A stretch of 64,000 bases of DNA from contig JARVJZ010000003.1 of the NCBI GenBank assembly GCA_029775855.1, positions 96,001 to 160,000 of the forward strand, given 5' to 3'. Of the stretch, positions 1 through 9,759 are shown in pieces. Source of the DNA: Nitrososphaeria archaeon. Lineage in GTDB: Archaea; Thermoproteota; Nitrososphaeria; Nitrososphaerales; JAAOZN01. The translations under genes and the position numbers were made by a program. Position 1 is the first letter of the stretch, and every line of letters begins with the position of its first letter. The notes under the pieces were generated by a model that saw nothing but the letters and a program-made list of their open reading frames with translations, made no database searches and was not told the origin of the DNA.

Positions 1-209
1 CCTAATCTAATGCTGCTTGTCTCAGAGGCTAAAGCGGAAAGGGTCGTCCAGCTTTCAAGGTAGTCTTTCTTCTTACCGAATGTGAAAGGCATAAAGTGGT
101 CAAAGAGCCAAAAGGAGTTAAAACCTAAAGTTTCAGCAACCTTCGCTGTTTCAGCGATCTCCACATAGGTCTTCCCATCTTGTGGTAAAAGGACGCCGAA
201 ACTAACCAT
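1..209 (-). CDS. LLM-class (luciferase-like, F420/flavin-dependent) oxidoreductase, 5' part (runs off window)
   Basis: Manual translation from ATG at 209: MVSFGVLLPQ...AETLGFNSFWLFDHF...ESWTTLSALASETSSIRL, typical LLM N-terminus. Confidence 0.85.
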   Translation of the reverse strand, partial: MVSFGVLLPQDGKTYVEIAETAKVAETLGFNSFWLFDHFMPFTFGKKKDYLESWTTLSALASETSSIRL

Positions 210-215
210 CTTAAT

Positions 216-770
216 TCACTTCACACCCCAAGGTTTATACAAGCCGTGTTTCAGATTAAATCTGTCGAGCATTCTTCCCACGATCTGCCCTATCGCTTCA
301 TTTAAATCTTCTACACCAGTGTAAAATAGGGGTGTTGCTGGTAGTATAGTGGCACCAGCTTCAGCAAGCGCAATAAGGTTGCTTATATCTTCCTTCGATA
401 AAGGGGTTTCGCTAAGTGAGATAATTAAGATTCTACCTTCTTTAAGCGTAACATCAGCAGCCCTACCTATTAAATCCTTGGAGTATCCTTGCGCCAAATC
501 TGAAACCCGTTTAAGGCTGCAAGGTGCTATTATCATTCCATCAACTTGGTAGGATCCGCTTGCTATCGGAGCTGTAAAGTCGTTGTTAGCGTAGTTGTGA
601 TCTGCTAAGGATGATAACTCTAACCTACTTAAGCCAGTTTCAGAGTATACCTCTTCTACGCTGAAGTCATCGAGCACAACATGTGTCTCTACACTTAATC
701 TCCTTAGGGCTTGCAGAAGTTTAACCCCAATTAATAGTCCTCTGCCAGAAAGGGCTACAACAATCTTCAA
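216..770 (-). CDS. ubiX: UbiX-family flavin prenyltransferase
   Basis: APIASGS, APCS, RAADVTLKEGR, ETPL motifs. Confidence 0.9.
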   Translation of the reverse strand: MKIVVALSGRGLLIGVKLLQALRRLSVETHVVLDDFSVEEVYSETGLSRLELSSLADHNYANNDFTAPIASGSYQVDGMIIAPCSLKRVSDLAQGYSKDLIGRAADVTLKEGRILIISLSETPLSKEDISNLIALAEAGATILPATPLFYTGVEDLNEAIGQIVGRMLDRFNLKHGLYKPWGVK

Positions 771-798
771 TTACGATAACCTCCTTTTTAGAAGGCGT

Positions 799-1230
799 TT
801 AGAGGTCGAGGAGAAAGCGGACCACATATCTATCTTGCTCTTCTATAACCTCCATAAGATGATATGTTACTGCTTTAACTTCAACTTTTGGGTGATGCTT
901 TTCTGGCGTAAATCTTTCGCCGAAGCATTCTGCCTCAAGTATCCAAGTGTCATCTTTTTTTGAAACCTGTGTTGAAAACTTGCTGTAAATGTTTTGCTCT
1001 ACTTGCATCTCTAGAAGCACGGTTTCGAGCCAGTTGTATAAGAGGTTTAGTAGGTCATAGCCACTTACTTCGAGCTTCTTGCTAAACTGGATATCAACAT
1101 TCTTTAGATCTGCTGCTAAATCGGTCAACCCATAGGCTGCGTTTGCATATGCTTCACCTAAACTTCTGCCGTATGCTTCTATGTATGCGTCTGTCATATG
1201 TTCAAGTAGACGATACCTTACTTGACTCAC
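799..1230 (-). CDS. archease (RtcB cofactor)
   Basis: YRLLEHMTDA N-terminus, EVKAVTYH and C-terminal LDL. Confidence 0.92.
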   Translation of the reverse strand: MSQVRYRLLEHMTDAYIEAYGRSLGEAYANAAYGLTDLAADLKNVDIQFSKKLEVSGYDLLNLLYNWLETVLLEMQVEQNIYSKFSTQVSKKDDTWILEAECFGERFTPEKHHPKVEVKAVTYHLMEVIEEQDRYVVRFLLDL

Positions 1231-1303
1231 ACCAATATCTTGGAGTCTGGAGTAGAAATTGTTTATTGAGTGTTAAGTTTAGATAGTAGAAGTTTATGGT
1301 GAG

Positions 1304-2254
1304 GTGACTGAGTGTGGTGTGAAGGGCGCTCTACTAACAGCCTTTGCTATCCTACTACTGCTTACTGCACCAACGGTTGGGGCTTCGCCACCCTCATACA
1401 ATCCCATAAGCCTCACGACCACCATTTACGGTGATGGCTATGTTTGGGTTGAATATGAAGTTGAAGTGAGCCCTTTTCTACCCGTCGTTGAATTAACCCT
1501 CTTTGGTAGAAATTACGAAGATATAATTGCTGTAGGTAAAAACGGATTAGTGCTCGACTACAATATTACTCAAAACGGAATCCAACTAGAGACAATCGGT
1601 TTAAGCAGCGTTAAGATCTCATATTTCACACAGGACTTGACTAATAAAACGGGTAGGCTATGGACTTTCACAATAGATGCGCCTGTGCCTATTGTGGTCA
1701 AATTGCTACCAGAACTTACTGTAGTCGGCTTAAGCAAGGCTCCTCTTACCATAAGTAGTGTAAACGATACTCTAACTCTCCTGTTCCCAAGCGGTCCTCT
1801 GACTCTGAATTATATAGTTGAGTCATCTAAGTCAGTAAGCACACAGCAGAATGGTGTTTTCACTGCTAGTTGGCTTTGGTATGTTGCTCTAGCTGCGGGT
1901 ATGGTGGTAGTAGTTGGGGTTGCTGTATCAATTGCTTTCAAAAGAAAGCGTGCCGCCAGAGCATATGAAAAGGAAAGGCGTATCATAGATGTAGAGAAGA
2001 TAATATCTTCAAGACCAGATCTTCGACCTGATGATAAAGAGGTGCTAAGGTTTTTGGCTGAAGTTGGTGGAGAAGCCTTCGAATCTGAGCTGAGAAGCCG
2101 ATTTAACCTACCTAAGACATCTATGTGGAGGATGGTTAGAAGGCTTAAGAGAGAAGGATTAGTCGATGTAAAGAAGGTTGGTGGGCAGAACCTCGTATAT
2201 ATAAGAGAAACATCTGAAATTGGAAGTGGAACGGATGTTCCGAAGAATTCCTAA
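1304..2254 (+). CDS. membrane-anchored winged-HTH transcriptional regulator (COG2512-like): signal peptide, extracellular beta domain, TM helix, C-terminal wHTH
   Basis: N-terminal hydrophobic signal, TM WLWYVALAAGMVVVVGVAVSIAF, then ESELRSRFNLPKTSMWRMVRRLKREGLVDVKKVGGQN. Confidence 0.85.
   Translation: MTECGVKGALLTAFAILLLLTAPTVGASPPSYNPISLTTTIYGDGYVWVEYEVEVSPFLPVVELTLFGRNYEDIIAVGKNGLVLDYNITQNGIQLETIGLSSVKISYFTQDLTNKTGRLWTFTIDAPVPIVVKLLPELTVVGLSKAPLTISSVNDTLTLLFPSGPLTLNYIVESSKSVSTQQNGVFTASWLWYVALAAGMVVVVGVAVSIAFKRKRAARAYEKERRIIDVEKIISSRPDLRPDDKEVLRFLAEVGGEAFESELRSRFNLPKTSMWRMVRRLKREGLVDVKKVGGQNLVYIRETSEIGSGTDVPKNS
2228..2241. promoter_or_regulatory. palindromic operator GGAAC-GGAT-GTTCC upstream of a TATA-like box of the next gene
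   Basis: Perfect 5-N4-5 inverted repeat; near-identical copy at 4545-4558. Confidence 0.55.
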
Positions 2255-2291
2255 AATTAAGACCCCTACATATAACCTTGGGGAGGGAAAG

Positions 2292-3314
2292 TTGAAGCTC
2301 AAAGCGGTTGCCGCAACCGCCTCGATAGCACTTCTAATCCTTGCAGCCTTCACCTTACCAACCACCTTTGAAACTGCTGATGCACAGGATGAGAGGAGTT
2401 CAGCATATGCTGTAAATATGATTCTCGAAAAAGCTCTTAGAAACATACAAACATTAGTTGAACAGGAAAGGGGCACTCAAGCGTATGAGGTGTTAAATAG
2501 AAGACTTGAGGGCGTTCGCCAAATGGCCGAAGCTGCGCAGAGAGAGTTAAAGGAAGGCGCGTATCAGCAAGCTTTAAGTGCCTCAATGAATGCACTTAAA
2601 TCTCTAACCAGCATTACCGCTGAGTTAAAGGATAGCGCAGATGAAGAGATAGTGGCCGCTAAACACACGACCCTTAGAATGAACATCTTCGTAAATAGTA
2701 TCAAAAACTTAACTGAACTCGCATCAACCAAAGGCTATGATGTTTCTACTTTAAAGTCTAGGCTTAAGGATGTTGAGACGCTAGTAAAAGAAGCGCAGAA
2801 CCTATCAGCTAAGCAAGACACCTTGGGGTCTAGCCAGAAGATTGCTGAGAGCAAGAAGATGTTGGGGCACATAATTAGCGACTTATGCCGAGCATACGAT
2901 AAAGAGAAGGTTAAGATTGTCGAGGACTATGTAAATAAGACCTTAAAAAGAATCTACGAGGTAGAGGAAGTGAGAAGCAGATTTACTGAGCAGATTAAGG
3001 AGTTTAACTCAACCAAAAATCAGATACAAGGCGGAAACTTTAGATCATCCCTTAAAAGGATAAACGAAGCGTTAGAAAATATGGAGAAGAAGGTTAGAGA
3101 AGACTTAAACAATGTAAAGGAAGAAATGGTTAACCTGAAGAAGCAGATCAACAACCTTAAAGCAAAAGGGGTGAATGTTGAGAAGCAAGAAAGACTACTG
3201 CAAGAGGCTGCTAATATGATTGAACAGGCTTCTACTTATTTGGAGAAGGGCGACTATGTAGCAGCAAGAATGAAGATAGCGCAGATTGAATCTGTTTTAC
3301 ATAGGTTTCGCTAG
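2292..3314 (+). CDS. secreted/membrane-anchored all-helical coiled-coil protein, function unknown
   Basis: ORF 2220..3314; likely start TTG 2292 after GGAGG, giving signal peptide MKLKAVAATASIALLILAAF; repeated KG(Y/V)(D/N)V helical units. Confidence 0.7.
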   Translation: MKLKAVAATASIALLILAAFTLPTTFETADAQDERSSAYAVNMILEKALRNIQTLVEQERGTQAYEVLNRRLEGVRQMAEAAQRELKEGAYQQALSASMNALKSLTSITAELKDSADEEIVAAKHTTLRMNIFVNSIKNLTELASTKGYDVSTLKSRLKDVETLVKEAQNLSAKQDTLGSSQKIAESKKMLGHIISDLCRAYDKEKVKIVEDYVNKTLKRIYEVEEVRSRFTEQIKEFNSTKNQIQGGNFRSSLKRINEALENMEKKVREDLNNVKEEMVNLKKQINNLKAKGVNVEKQERLLQEAANMIEQASTYLEKGDYVAARMKIAQIESVLHRFR

Positions 3315-4504
3315 TATATGAGAATCTTCTCTAGAGGTGTAATGTTTCTTGCAACGCCTCCCTCCATGACAACTACATCCTCTAACCTAACCCCACCTAA
3401 TTTAGCGTCGTAAAGCCCAGGTTCCACAGTGAAGACTTGTCTATCAACAATTATGTCTTGTGAGTAGAGTGAAAGATAGGGTCTTTCACCTATGGTTAGA
3501 CCTACACCGTGTCCTAGGCTGTGTGTAAAGCCTTGCTTAGGTGTGTGATTGGTTCTAGGTGTGCTATAGCCCTTCTTCTCAAAGACCTCACAAGCTATAT
3601 TCATAGCCTCTTTAGCCGGCATACCACTTCTTAAGCGGTCAAACGCTACTTGCTGAGCTTCAAATACATCATCATACATCCTTTTAAATTCACGATCTGG
3701 TGTACCTATTGATATTGTTCTAGTAACATCAAAGTAGTATCCTTCACCTCCTTGAGGGAAGAGGTCAAAGACTATGGGTCTCCCTATAACTATTGGATCT
3801 GAGTCTAAGCCCGTGTAGTGTGGATCGTATGATCCTGGCGCTGGTGCGAAGATCGGTTCTTCGACGGCTTTAAGGTTATGTTCCGCTAAGAGCGTTTTTA
3901 GTAAGCGTTTCACTCTGCCTACTGTTAACTCCTGGCTTCTATATAGTAGTTTATTACCCTCATGTTTGCAAGATTTTAGTTGTTCAATAATCTCTCTAAT
4001 TACGCTGCATGCTGCTTCGCCTACAAGCCTTATGCCCTCAACTTCTTTATCATCCTTTGTCATCATAACTTCTTCAAGTAATGTCGGTGAGTCTTCTTGA
4101 ATTACTATTAACCCTCTTTGCTGTAAAGCTGATGTAACTTGCAGAATAACATTCGCCTTATGCCTACCATAAATTGCTACTTTCCCCTCAACCCCTACCT
4201 CACCAAGAACACTAGCGATGAGCTCAATGTAGGCGCTCTTCGCATCTTTAGCGAGCAGAGAATAGTATCCTAGCTCACCAAAGCTTTTAACGCATCTCAC
4301 TCTACCCAGTCTCGCTGAGCCTAGATCTGTCTCTCCAACAACTAGGAAAGGCGCCTGACCCCTTCTCTTGACATAGATGCCGCCTCTTGGTATAGAGCAG
4401 CCTACCAGATAAAGTAGTTCAGGGTTGTTGAATGTAGAGTCGCCTAGCGCTATAAGCGCATCTACCCCCTTTGCTTCCATCGCAGCATCAAGATCTTGGA
4501 GCAT
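3311..4504 (-). CDS. Xaa-Pro peptidase (M24 family)
   Basis: DVTRT, HSLGHGVGL, TVEPGLY, GGVRLED metal-ligand motifs. Confidence 0.92.
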   Translation of the reverse strand: MLQDLDAAMEAKGVDALIALGDSTFNNPELLYLVGCSIPRGGIYVKRRGQAPFLVVGETDLGSARLGRVRCVKSFGELGYYSLLAKDAKSAYIELIASVLGEVGVEGKVAIYGRHKANVILQVTSALQQRGLIVIQEDSPTLLEEVMMTKDDKEVEGIRLVGEAACSVIREIIEQLKSCKHEGNKLLYRSQELTVGRVKRLLKTLLAEHNLKAVEEPIFAPAPGSYDPHYTGLDSDPIVIGRPIVFDLFPQGGEGYYFDVTRTISIGTPDREFKRMYDDVFEAQQVAFDRLRSGMPAKEAMNIACEVFEKKGYSTPRTNHTPKQGFTHSLGHGVGLTIGERPYLSLYSQDIIVDRQVFTVEPGLYDAKLGGVRLEDVVVMEGGVARNITPLEKILIY

Positions 4505-4544
4505 ACCGTTGACGCTGACGCTTCTAGGCGATAAATATTTGCTG

Positions 4545-4558
4545 GAAACGGCTGTTCC
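4545..4558. promoter_or_regulatory. palindromic operator GAAAC-GGCT-GTTCC upstream of BRE/TATA (TATTAA 4575-4580) of matrixin gene
   Basis: 12/14 identical to the 2228-2241 palindrome, similar distance to TATA-like box. Confidence 0.55.
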
Positions 4559-4630
4559 TATTTAGATGGAAAGCTATTAACATAGGGTTCCTAATTTAGT
4601 GCTCTGATATACGGTTTAGACGGTGGTGCG

Positions 4631-5866
4631 ATGCGCACAAAACACCTATCAATAGTTGCCGCGACTGTGCTGGTAGCAGCTCTAATCGTTGGATCACTAA
4701 CTGCGCTGCAGGCTGAAGCAGCGTCTGTAAAGACCACTATGCAATCTAAAGGTAACCAATATGGGTTGACTGAGAAAGTTAGGGAAAGAGAGCAAGAACA
4801 CCTACAAAGCCCATCTAGGCTCTGGACTAAACCTCTTCTACCAAACTTACCTTTGCCACCTTCGTTAAGCGAAGTAGAACTCAAGATAGAAGCGGAGGGT
4901 GAGGCGAAGAACATAAGCAGAAAAGCTGAGACATCTACTTCCACCGCAACACTAACCTTAGACGGTAAGATACAGATATGGCGCAATAAAGGTAGCATAG
5001 TAGTTGAAGGCGGAAGCCTAACCATAGGCAACAAAGTGTATTCTATCGAATCTGGAAGAGGAGTATTTAACACACAAACTAAGAAAGGCGTGCTGATAAT
5101 ACAGCTCAAAGTGGTAGATGAAGAAGGTAAAGCATACCTTACCGTGCTCCAAGGTAGGTTAGAAGCGACCGAAGAGGCAGGTATCTACAATGTCTCATTT
5201 AAGGCGCAGATGCTCAGAGTCGGGCAGCTCTACCTTCTAACACTTGAAGGTAAACTCACAACCAACACACCCCTAGAAACATACAGCATAAACACCCTAG
5301 GTGGAACATGGGATCACACAACGATAACCGTCAAGGTAGAAGACAGCCCCTTAGCAGCGAACTACAGCAGCATAGTGATTAAGTCTGTCGAAGACTGGAA
5401 TAGCACGCTACACACCTTCGCCTCAAAGTATAGCGACTACAGCTACCTATCCAACATCTCTCTAAAACTGACTAACTCAGAAGATGCTGATGTAAAGATC
5501 GTCTTCACAGATGAAGGTAGGTTCAGAATAGGAGGAGAAACACAAGTCTCATACAAACCAAACACTAACATCTTCCAAAACATAACGGTCACCGTCAGAG
5601 TCGGCCCAAGATACACTGATAATATAGTTTATGCGGTGAGTTTACACGAACTCGGCCACGCACTCGGCCTAGGGCATACAGATGTATCAGAAGATTTGAT
5701 GTACCCTATACTTATGCGCTGGGCTCTTAGAGGTGTTGAGCTCTCTACCCTCGACCTCTACGGTGTAGCTCAGATCTTCGCTTGGCTTCCCAACGGTAGT
5801 GTTGAAGGCTTCACTGTACCCAAGCTTATAACTCTGCCATCCACTATCCCGTATGAAGCGGTGTAA
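4631..5866 (+). CDS. secreted matrixin-family (metzincin M10-like) zinc metalloprotease with extra N-terminal domain
   Basis: Signal peptide; HELGHALGLGH zinc motif and DLMYP Met-turn. Confidence 0.88.
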   Translation: MRTKHLSIVAATVLVAALIVGSLTALQAEAASVKTTMQSKGNQYGLTEKVREREQEHLQSPSRLWTKPLLPNLPLPPSLSEVELKIEAEGEAKNISRKAETSTSTATLTLDGKIQIWRNKGSIVVEGGSLTIGNKVYSIESGRGVFNTQTKKGVLIIQLKVVDEEGKAYLTVLQGRLEATEEAGIYNVSFKAQMLRVGQLYLLTLEGKLTTNTPLETYSINTLGGTWDHTTITVKVEDSPLAANYSSIVIKSVEDWNSTLHTFASKYSDYSYLSNISLKLTNSEDADVKIVFTDEGRFRIGGETQVSYKPNTNIFQNITVTVRVGPRYTDNIVYAVSLHELGHALGLGHTDVSEDLMYPILMRWALRGVELSTLDLYGVAQIFAWLPNGSVEGFTVPKLITLPSTIPYEAV

Positions 5867-5869
5867 AAA

Positions 5870-5902
5870 GAGGGGTATTCTAGCCCCTCAACCTATATTT
5901 TT
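5870..5902 (+). terminator. hairpin plus T-rich tract after matrixin gene
   Basis: GAGGGG...CCCCTC stem followed by TATATTTTT. Confidence 0.45.
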
Positions 5903-5952
5903 AGTTCTTAACACTATCTTAAACCTTTTATCACTGTTCACTGCTGTTAGCT

Positions 5953-6918
5953 TTGGTGGTGTATGTGCTTTTTCCCAGCGAATTTGAAGATAAGATTGTT
6001 GAGGCTGTTTCTAAGGTGAGTAAGAGTGTGTTGAATATCAGCACGGTGCAGCTTGTGCGGGACCACTTATTCAACCTGTATCCTGTTGGCGGGATAGGGT
6101 CTGGTGTAGCTGTGGACAATTCTGGTCATATAATTACTAACCATCATGTAGTTGCTGGTAGTAGAGTAGTTGTCGCTACAACCTATTCTGGAGAGAGATA
6201 TGAAGGGCAGATTATAGGCTCAGACCCATCGAGTGACATAGCGGTTTTGAAGGTTAAGGATACGCATATACCGCCCGCTGAGTTAGGGGATTCAGATTCT
6301 TTAAGGGTTGGGCAACTCGCTATAGCCATAGGGAACCCCTTTGGATTCCTCTTAAGAGGCGGCCCAACTGTCACGATTGGGGTGATAAGTGCTTTGAATA
6401 GATATATTAGGTTAGAGGATGGCAGAGTATATGAGAACCTTATTCAGACCGACGCAGCAATAAATCCTGGTAATAGCGGTGGCCCACTTATAGATAGTAG
6501 AGGACGGGTTATTGGGGTTAATACCGCCATGATTTCTCAGGCTCAAGGCATAGGTTTCGCAGTGCCTGTGAATACAGTTAAGCTCATTCTTGACGACTTC
6601 ATAAAGTTTGGTCGCATCGTAAGGCCTTGGTTGGGTATTGTAGGTATGGATGTTACTAAAGAGGTCGCTAGATATTATGGTTTAGGAGTTGAAGATGGTG
6701 TTTTAGTGGTTAGGGTTGTTCCAGACGGGCCAGCCGCTGAGGCTGATATACAGGAAGGAGACATCATAAAAGGTGTGGATGGTGTGCATATAGGTAGTAT
6801 CAAGGAACTTCAAGCCGTGATAAGGGGGAAGAGGATAGGTTCACAAATTGAAGTTTTAATTAGGCGTGGTGAATTCGAAGGTGTCACTAAAGTGATGGTC
6901 ACCGAAGCCCCTAGCTAA
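5953..6918 (+). CDS. HtrA/DegP-like trypsin serine protease with PDZ domain
   Basis: TNHHVV, DIAVLK, QTDAAINPGNSGGPL, RPWLGI PDZ. Confidence 0.93.
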   Translation: MVVYVLFPSEFEDKIVEAVSKVSKSVLNISTVQLVRDHLFNLYPVGGIGSGVAVDNSGHIITNHHVVAGSRVVVATTYSGERYEGQIIGSDPSSDIAVLKVKDTHIPPAELGDSDSLRVGQLAIAIGNPFGFLLRGGPTVTIGVISALNRYIRLEDGRVYENLIQTDAAINPGNSGGPLIDSRGRVIGVNTAMISQAQGIGFAVPVNTVKLILDDFIKFGRIVRPWLGIVGMDVTKEVARYYGLGVEDGVLVVRVVPDGPAAEADIQEGDIIKGVDGVHIGSIKELQAVIRGKRIGSQIEVLIRRGEFEGVTKVMVTEAPS

Positions 6919-7251
6919 CAAAGATGGATCTTTTTCTCAAATGTTTAGCAATTGTTTAGCAAAATTTATAAAGAGGCTTACCAGAGCGACGCTAGACAAG
7001 ATGATTAGACATGAGTAAAAAAGCATCAGACCAAAAAAGCGGCCTAAACGGCTGGAAGTATAAATGCTCCTGCGGCTTTGAAACACTACAAGTCGCAAGC
7101 GCGGTCTCACATATAAACTCAAATCCAGGACATCAGCTTCAAAGGATAGAGCTGTAGAGAGCATTAAAAAATTTTTAATAGCACTTCTGATTCTTTATCT
7201 TAATTTATAATTTAGAGCTAGCTGCATTAATTCGCACGAAGAGTTTAAAGT

Positions 7252-7590
7252 TCACCCCTTTTTCTGCTTCTTTTTAATATGCTTAAACTTGTATATCATT
7301 AGAAACTTTACGCAACCTATTTCTCTCACAGCTCTTGCTGACGCAAGTTTAGCTTCAATAACCTTACTTACAATCTCATTACCAGCTAGGTTCAAGATCG
7401 GCATCTCTTCAACAACCTTAAGCGCTTCCTCTAACTCAACTTCTTCTTCGCCAAAATATTCTGGTGTAAAGTGCATCGCCAAAGAACCTTCACTAACCGT
7501 CTTGTTAAGGAGATCAGCGTCGCATATATTCGCCATACTTATATTTCCACTAGTAATTCGTTTAACGCAAAATCGGCCCAAATAAATCAC
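7252..7590 (-). CDS. DUF424 family protein
   Basis: ICDADLL, ILNLAGNEIV motifs; usual neighbour of aIF2beta. Confidence 0.8.
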   Translation of the reverse strand: MIYLGRFCVKRITSGNISMANICDADLLNKTVSEGSLAMHFTPEYFGEEEVELEEALKVVEEMPILNLAGNEIVSKVIEAKLASARAVREIGCVKFLMIYKFKHIKKKQKKG

Positions 7591-8003
7591 GCAGTCTTCA
7601 GCGAGGATTTAGCGCCACAAGCTTCGCACACTAGGAATTGAAGGCGCTTTACCTTTTCAATTCTAGTGTCTGGGCTGCCGCATACTGGACACAAAACATT
7701 TTCGCGAAGATACCTATTTAGGAGCACAGTGAAAGACTGTTTATCTTTTCTACCTATAAATATAGCCCTCTCACCGTCTAAAGAAGCAGCTGTAGCCAAC
7801 TCCTTAGCCAAGAACATCAGAAGCTTATTTGCATCACGCCTAAGCAGAGTAGGGTACTCAGAGAAGTTGCGAAGAATCGTCTTATTCCCAATCCACAAGA
7901 TCTGAGGCTCGGGTAGCTCAAGCCTAATACCCTTTGCCTTCTGTATCGGCACACCCATCTTTTCCCTAAGTCTGTGGAGCAGCTCGTGGTAGGATAGACT
8001 CAA
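7587..8003 (-). CDS. eif2b: translation initiation factor 2 subunit beta
   Basis: KTILRNF, FLAKELAT, zinc ribbon CPVCGSPDT...CEACGA. Confidence 0.95.
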   Translation of the reverse strand: MSLSYHELLHRLREKMGVPIQKAKGIRLELPEPQILWIGNKTILRNFSEYPTLLRRDANKLLMFLAKELATAASLDGERAIFIGRKDKQSFTVLLNRYLRENVLCPVCGSPDTRIEKVKRLQFLVCEACGAKSSLKTA

Positions 8004-8105
8004 ACTAGCCTAGAGATATTTCTCCTCGGTATTTCAATCTTCCGCTACTATAATAACAGCGTTATGCTTATTTACCTCTAAAGACTATAGAATAATAGAG
8101 TAAAC

Positions 8106-8345
8106 TTGAGCGAACAGAAGACCGTAAACAAACTGGATTTACGTGGACTCTACTGTCCAGAACCCATCTTCAGAACTAAGATGGCCATCGACACTCTCCC
8201 AGTTGGAGAAGTTCTAGAGGTGGTAGCTGATGATCCAGCTTCAGAGGAAGACATACAACGCTGGGCAAACAGAGTAGGACACACCATACTATCGATTCAG
8301 AAGGACGGCAAAGACATCCGCTTCCTCATAAAGAAGGTGAAGTAA
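8106..8345 (+). CDS. tusA: TusA-family sulfurtransferase
   Basis: LDLRGLYCPEP, DDPASEEDI. Confidence 0.93.
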   Translation: MSEQKTVNKLDLRGLYCPEPIFRTKMAIDTLPVGEVLEVVADDPASEEDIQRWANRVGHTILSIQKDGKDIRFLIKKVK

Positions 8346-8717
8346 ATGGGTGAGCAGAGAAAGAAGATGCTCTATGTGCAGACAAGCGGCGTAGATACCC
8401 CTGAACGCCTATATGCACCCCTAATCCTAGCGGCAACAGCGGCGGCTACAGACATAGATGCAACAGTCTACTTTGTAATCAAAGGGGTCACAGCCTTAAA
8501 GAAAGGGGAAGCAGAGAAGATCAAGATAGGAAACTTCCCAGCCTTAAAAGAAGTTTTAGATCAAGCTTTGAAATCTGGTGTAAAGATTATGGCATGTGAG
8601 AGAAGCTGCCAACTACTTGGCATACCAAGGGATGAGATATTAAGTGAGGCTAAGCTAGTTGGGGCGGCTACTCTGAATGACCTAGTATTAGAGGCTGATG
8701 GGGTGCAATACTTCTAA
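8346..8717 (+). CDS. DsrE/DsrF-family sulfur-relay protein
   Basis: GVKIMACERSC, VGAATL motifs. Confidence 0.85.
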   Translation: MGEQRKKMLYVQTSGVDTPERLYAPLILAATAAATDIDATVYFVIKGVTALKKGEAEKIKIGNFPALKEVLDQALKSGVKIMACERSCQLLGIPRDEILSEAKLVGAATLNDLVLEADGVQYF

Positions 8718-8729
8718 AAAGGGGGAGAG

Positions 8730-9749
8730 GTGATGCAAAGTTTCACAGATATCTTGAAGCGTGTTGGGAATACCCCGCAGATCTCACTATCATCACCTAA
8801 AGATAGAGTGGCACTGTATGCTAAACTAGAGTGGTTCAACCCTTTTGGCTCACTGAAAGATAGGGCTGCGCTATGGATGATAAAAGACGCTGAGAACAGA
8901 AAGATCTTAAAAAGAGACCAGACCATATTACTTGAACCAACATCAGGCAACACAGGTATAGCGCTGGCTGGGATAGCAAAGGCATTAGGATACAAAGTTG
9001 AGTTAATCATCCCAGCGAAAGCCAGCGAGGAAACCAAGAAGCTGATAAGAAGACTGGGAGCAACGCTTCTCGAAACTGATGATGACTTATGCCCCAGAGT
9101 AGGACCTGGAACAGATCAATGTATAGCTTTGGCTGAAGCGATGATTAAAGCCCATCCAGAGAAGTATGTGATGCTAAACCAATACGCTAACGAAAGCAAC
9201 TTCTATGCGCACTATGAAGGCACAGGTCCGGAGATCTGGAGCAATCTAAGAGATGTTACACACTTTATAGCTGGTGTGGGCACAGGAGGCACGCTTACTG
9301 GTGTGGCAGCCTACCTTAAGAAGAAGAATCCGCATGTGAAGGTTATTGGTGTGCAGCCTCAGAGAGCCCATCATATCCAAGGGCTTAGGAACTTAGAAGA
9401 TTCGGCTGTGCCGGAACTACTTCGCCGACGAATTGGGTTGATTGATGAGTGGGTCAAGGTGAGTGATAGCGACGCCTTTAATGCAGTTAAAACTCTTGCT
9501 AAAACAAAGGCTCTATTTGTAGGTCCTTCGAGCGGTGCGGTTTATGCGGCTGCTCAAGAAGTTGCTGGGAAGCTCAGTGAAGGTAAGCTTGTTTTAATGT
9601 TTGCTGACGACGGTAGGAAGTTCTGGAGCCTATACGATAGATTTAAGGTTTTTACAAGAGAGGAGTTTGACTACTATAGCCATTATGCTAAGTATTTACC
9701 ACCCAATCCGTTATTCTATGAAGAGCCTATAACAGCTTATCATCCTTAA
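8730..9749 (+). CDS. PLP-dependent cysteine synthase family protein (CysM/O-like)
   Basis: NPFGSLKDR (PLP Lys), EPTSGNTG, GVGTGGT, GPSSGA. Confidence 0.9.
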   Translation: MMQSFTDILKRVGNTPQISLSSPKDRVALYAKLEWFNPFGSLKDRAALWMIKDAENRKILKRDQTILLEPTSGNTGIALAGIAKALGYKVELIIPAKASEETKKLIRRLGATLLETDDDLCPRVGPGTDQCIALAEAMIKAHPEKYVMLNQYANESNFYAHYEGTGPEIWSNLRDVTHFIAGVGTGGTLTGVAAYLKKKNPHVKVIGVQPQRAHHIQGLRNLEDSAVPELLRRRIGLIDEWVKVSDSDAFNAVKTLAKTKALFVGPSSGAVYAAAQEVAGKLSEGKLVLMFADDGRKFWSLYDRFKVFTREEFDYYSHYAKYLPPNPLFYEEPITAYHP

Positions 9750-9759
9750 ACAGATAAAG

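Noticed and set aside
6937-7164. 75-aa ORF with hydrophobic C-terminus
   Set aside because: No recognisable motif or start signal; cannot be supported
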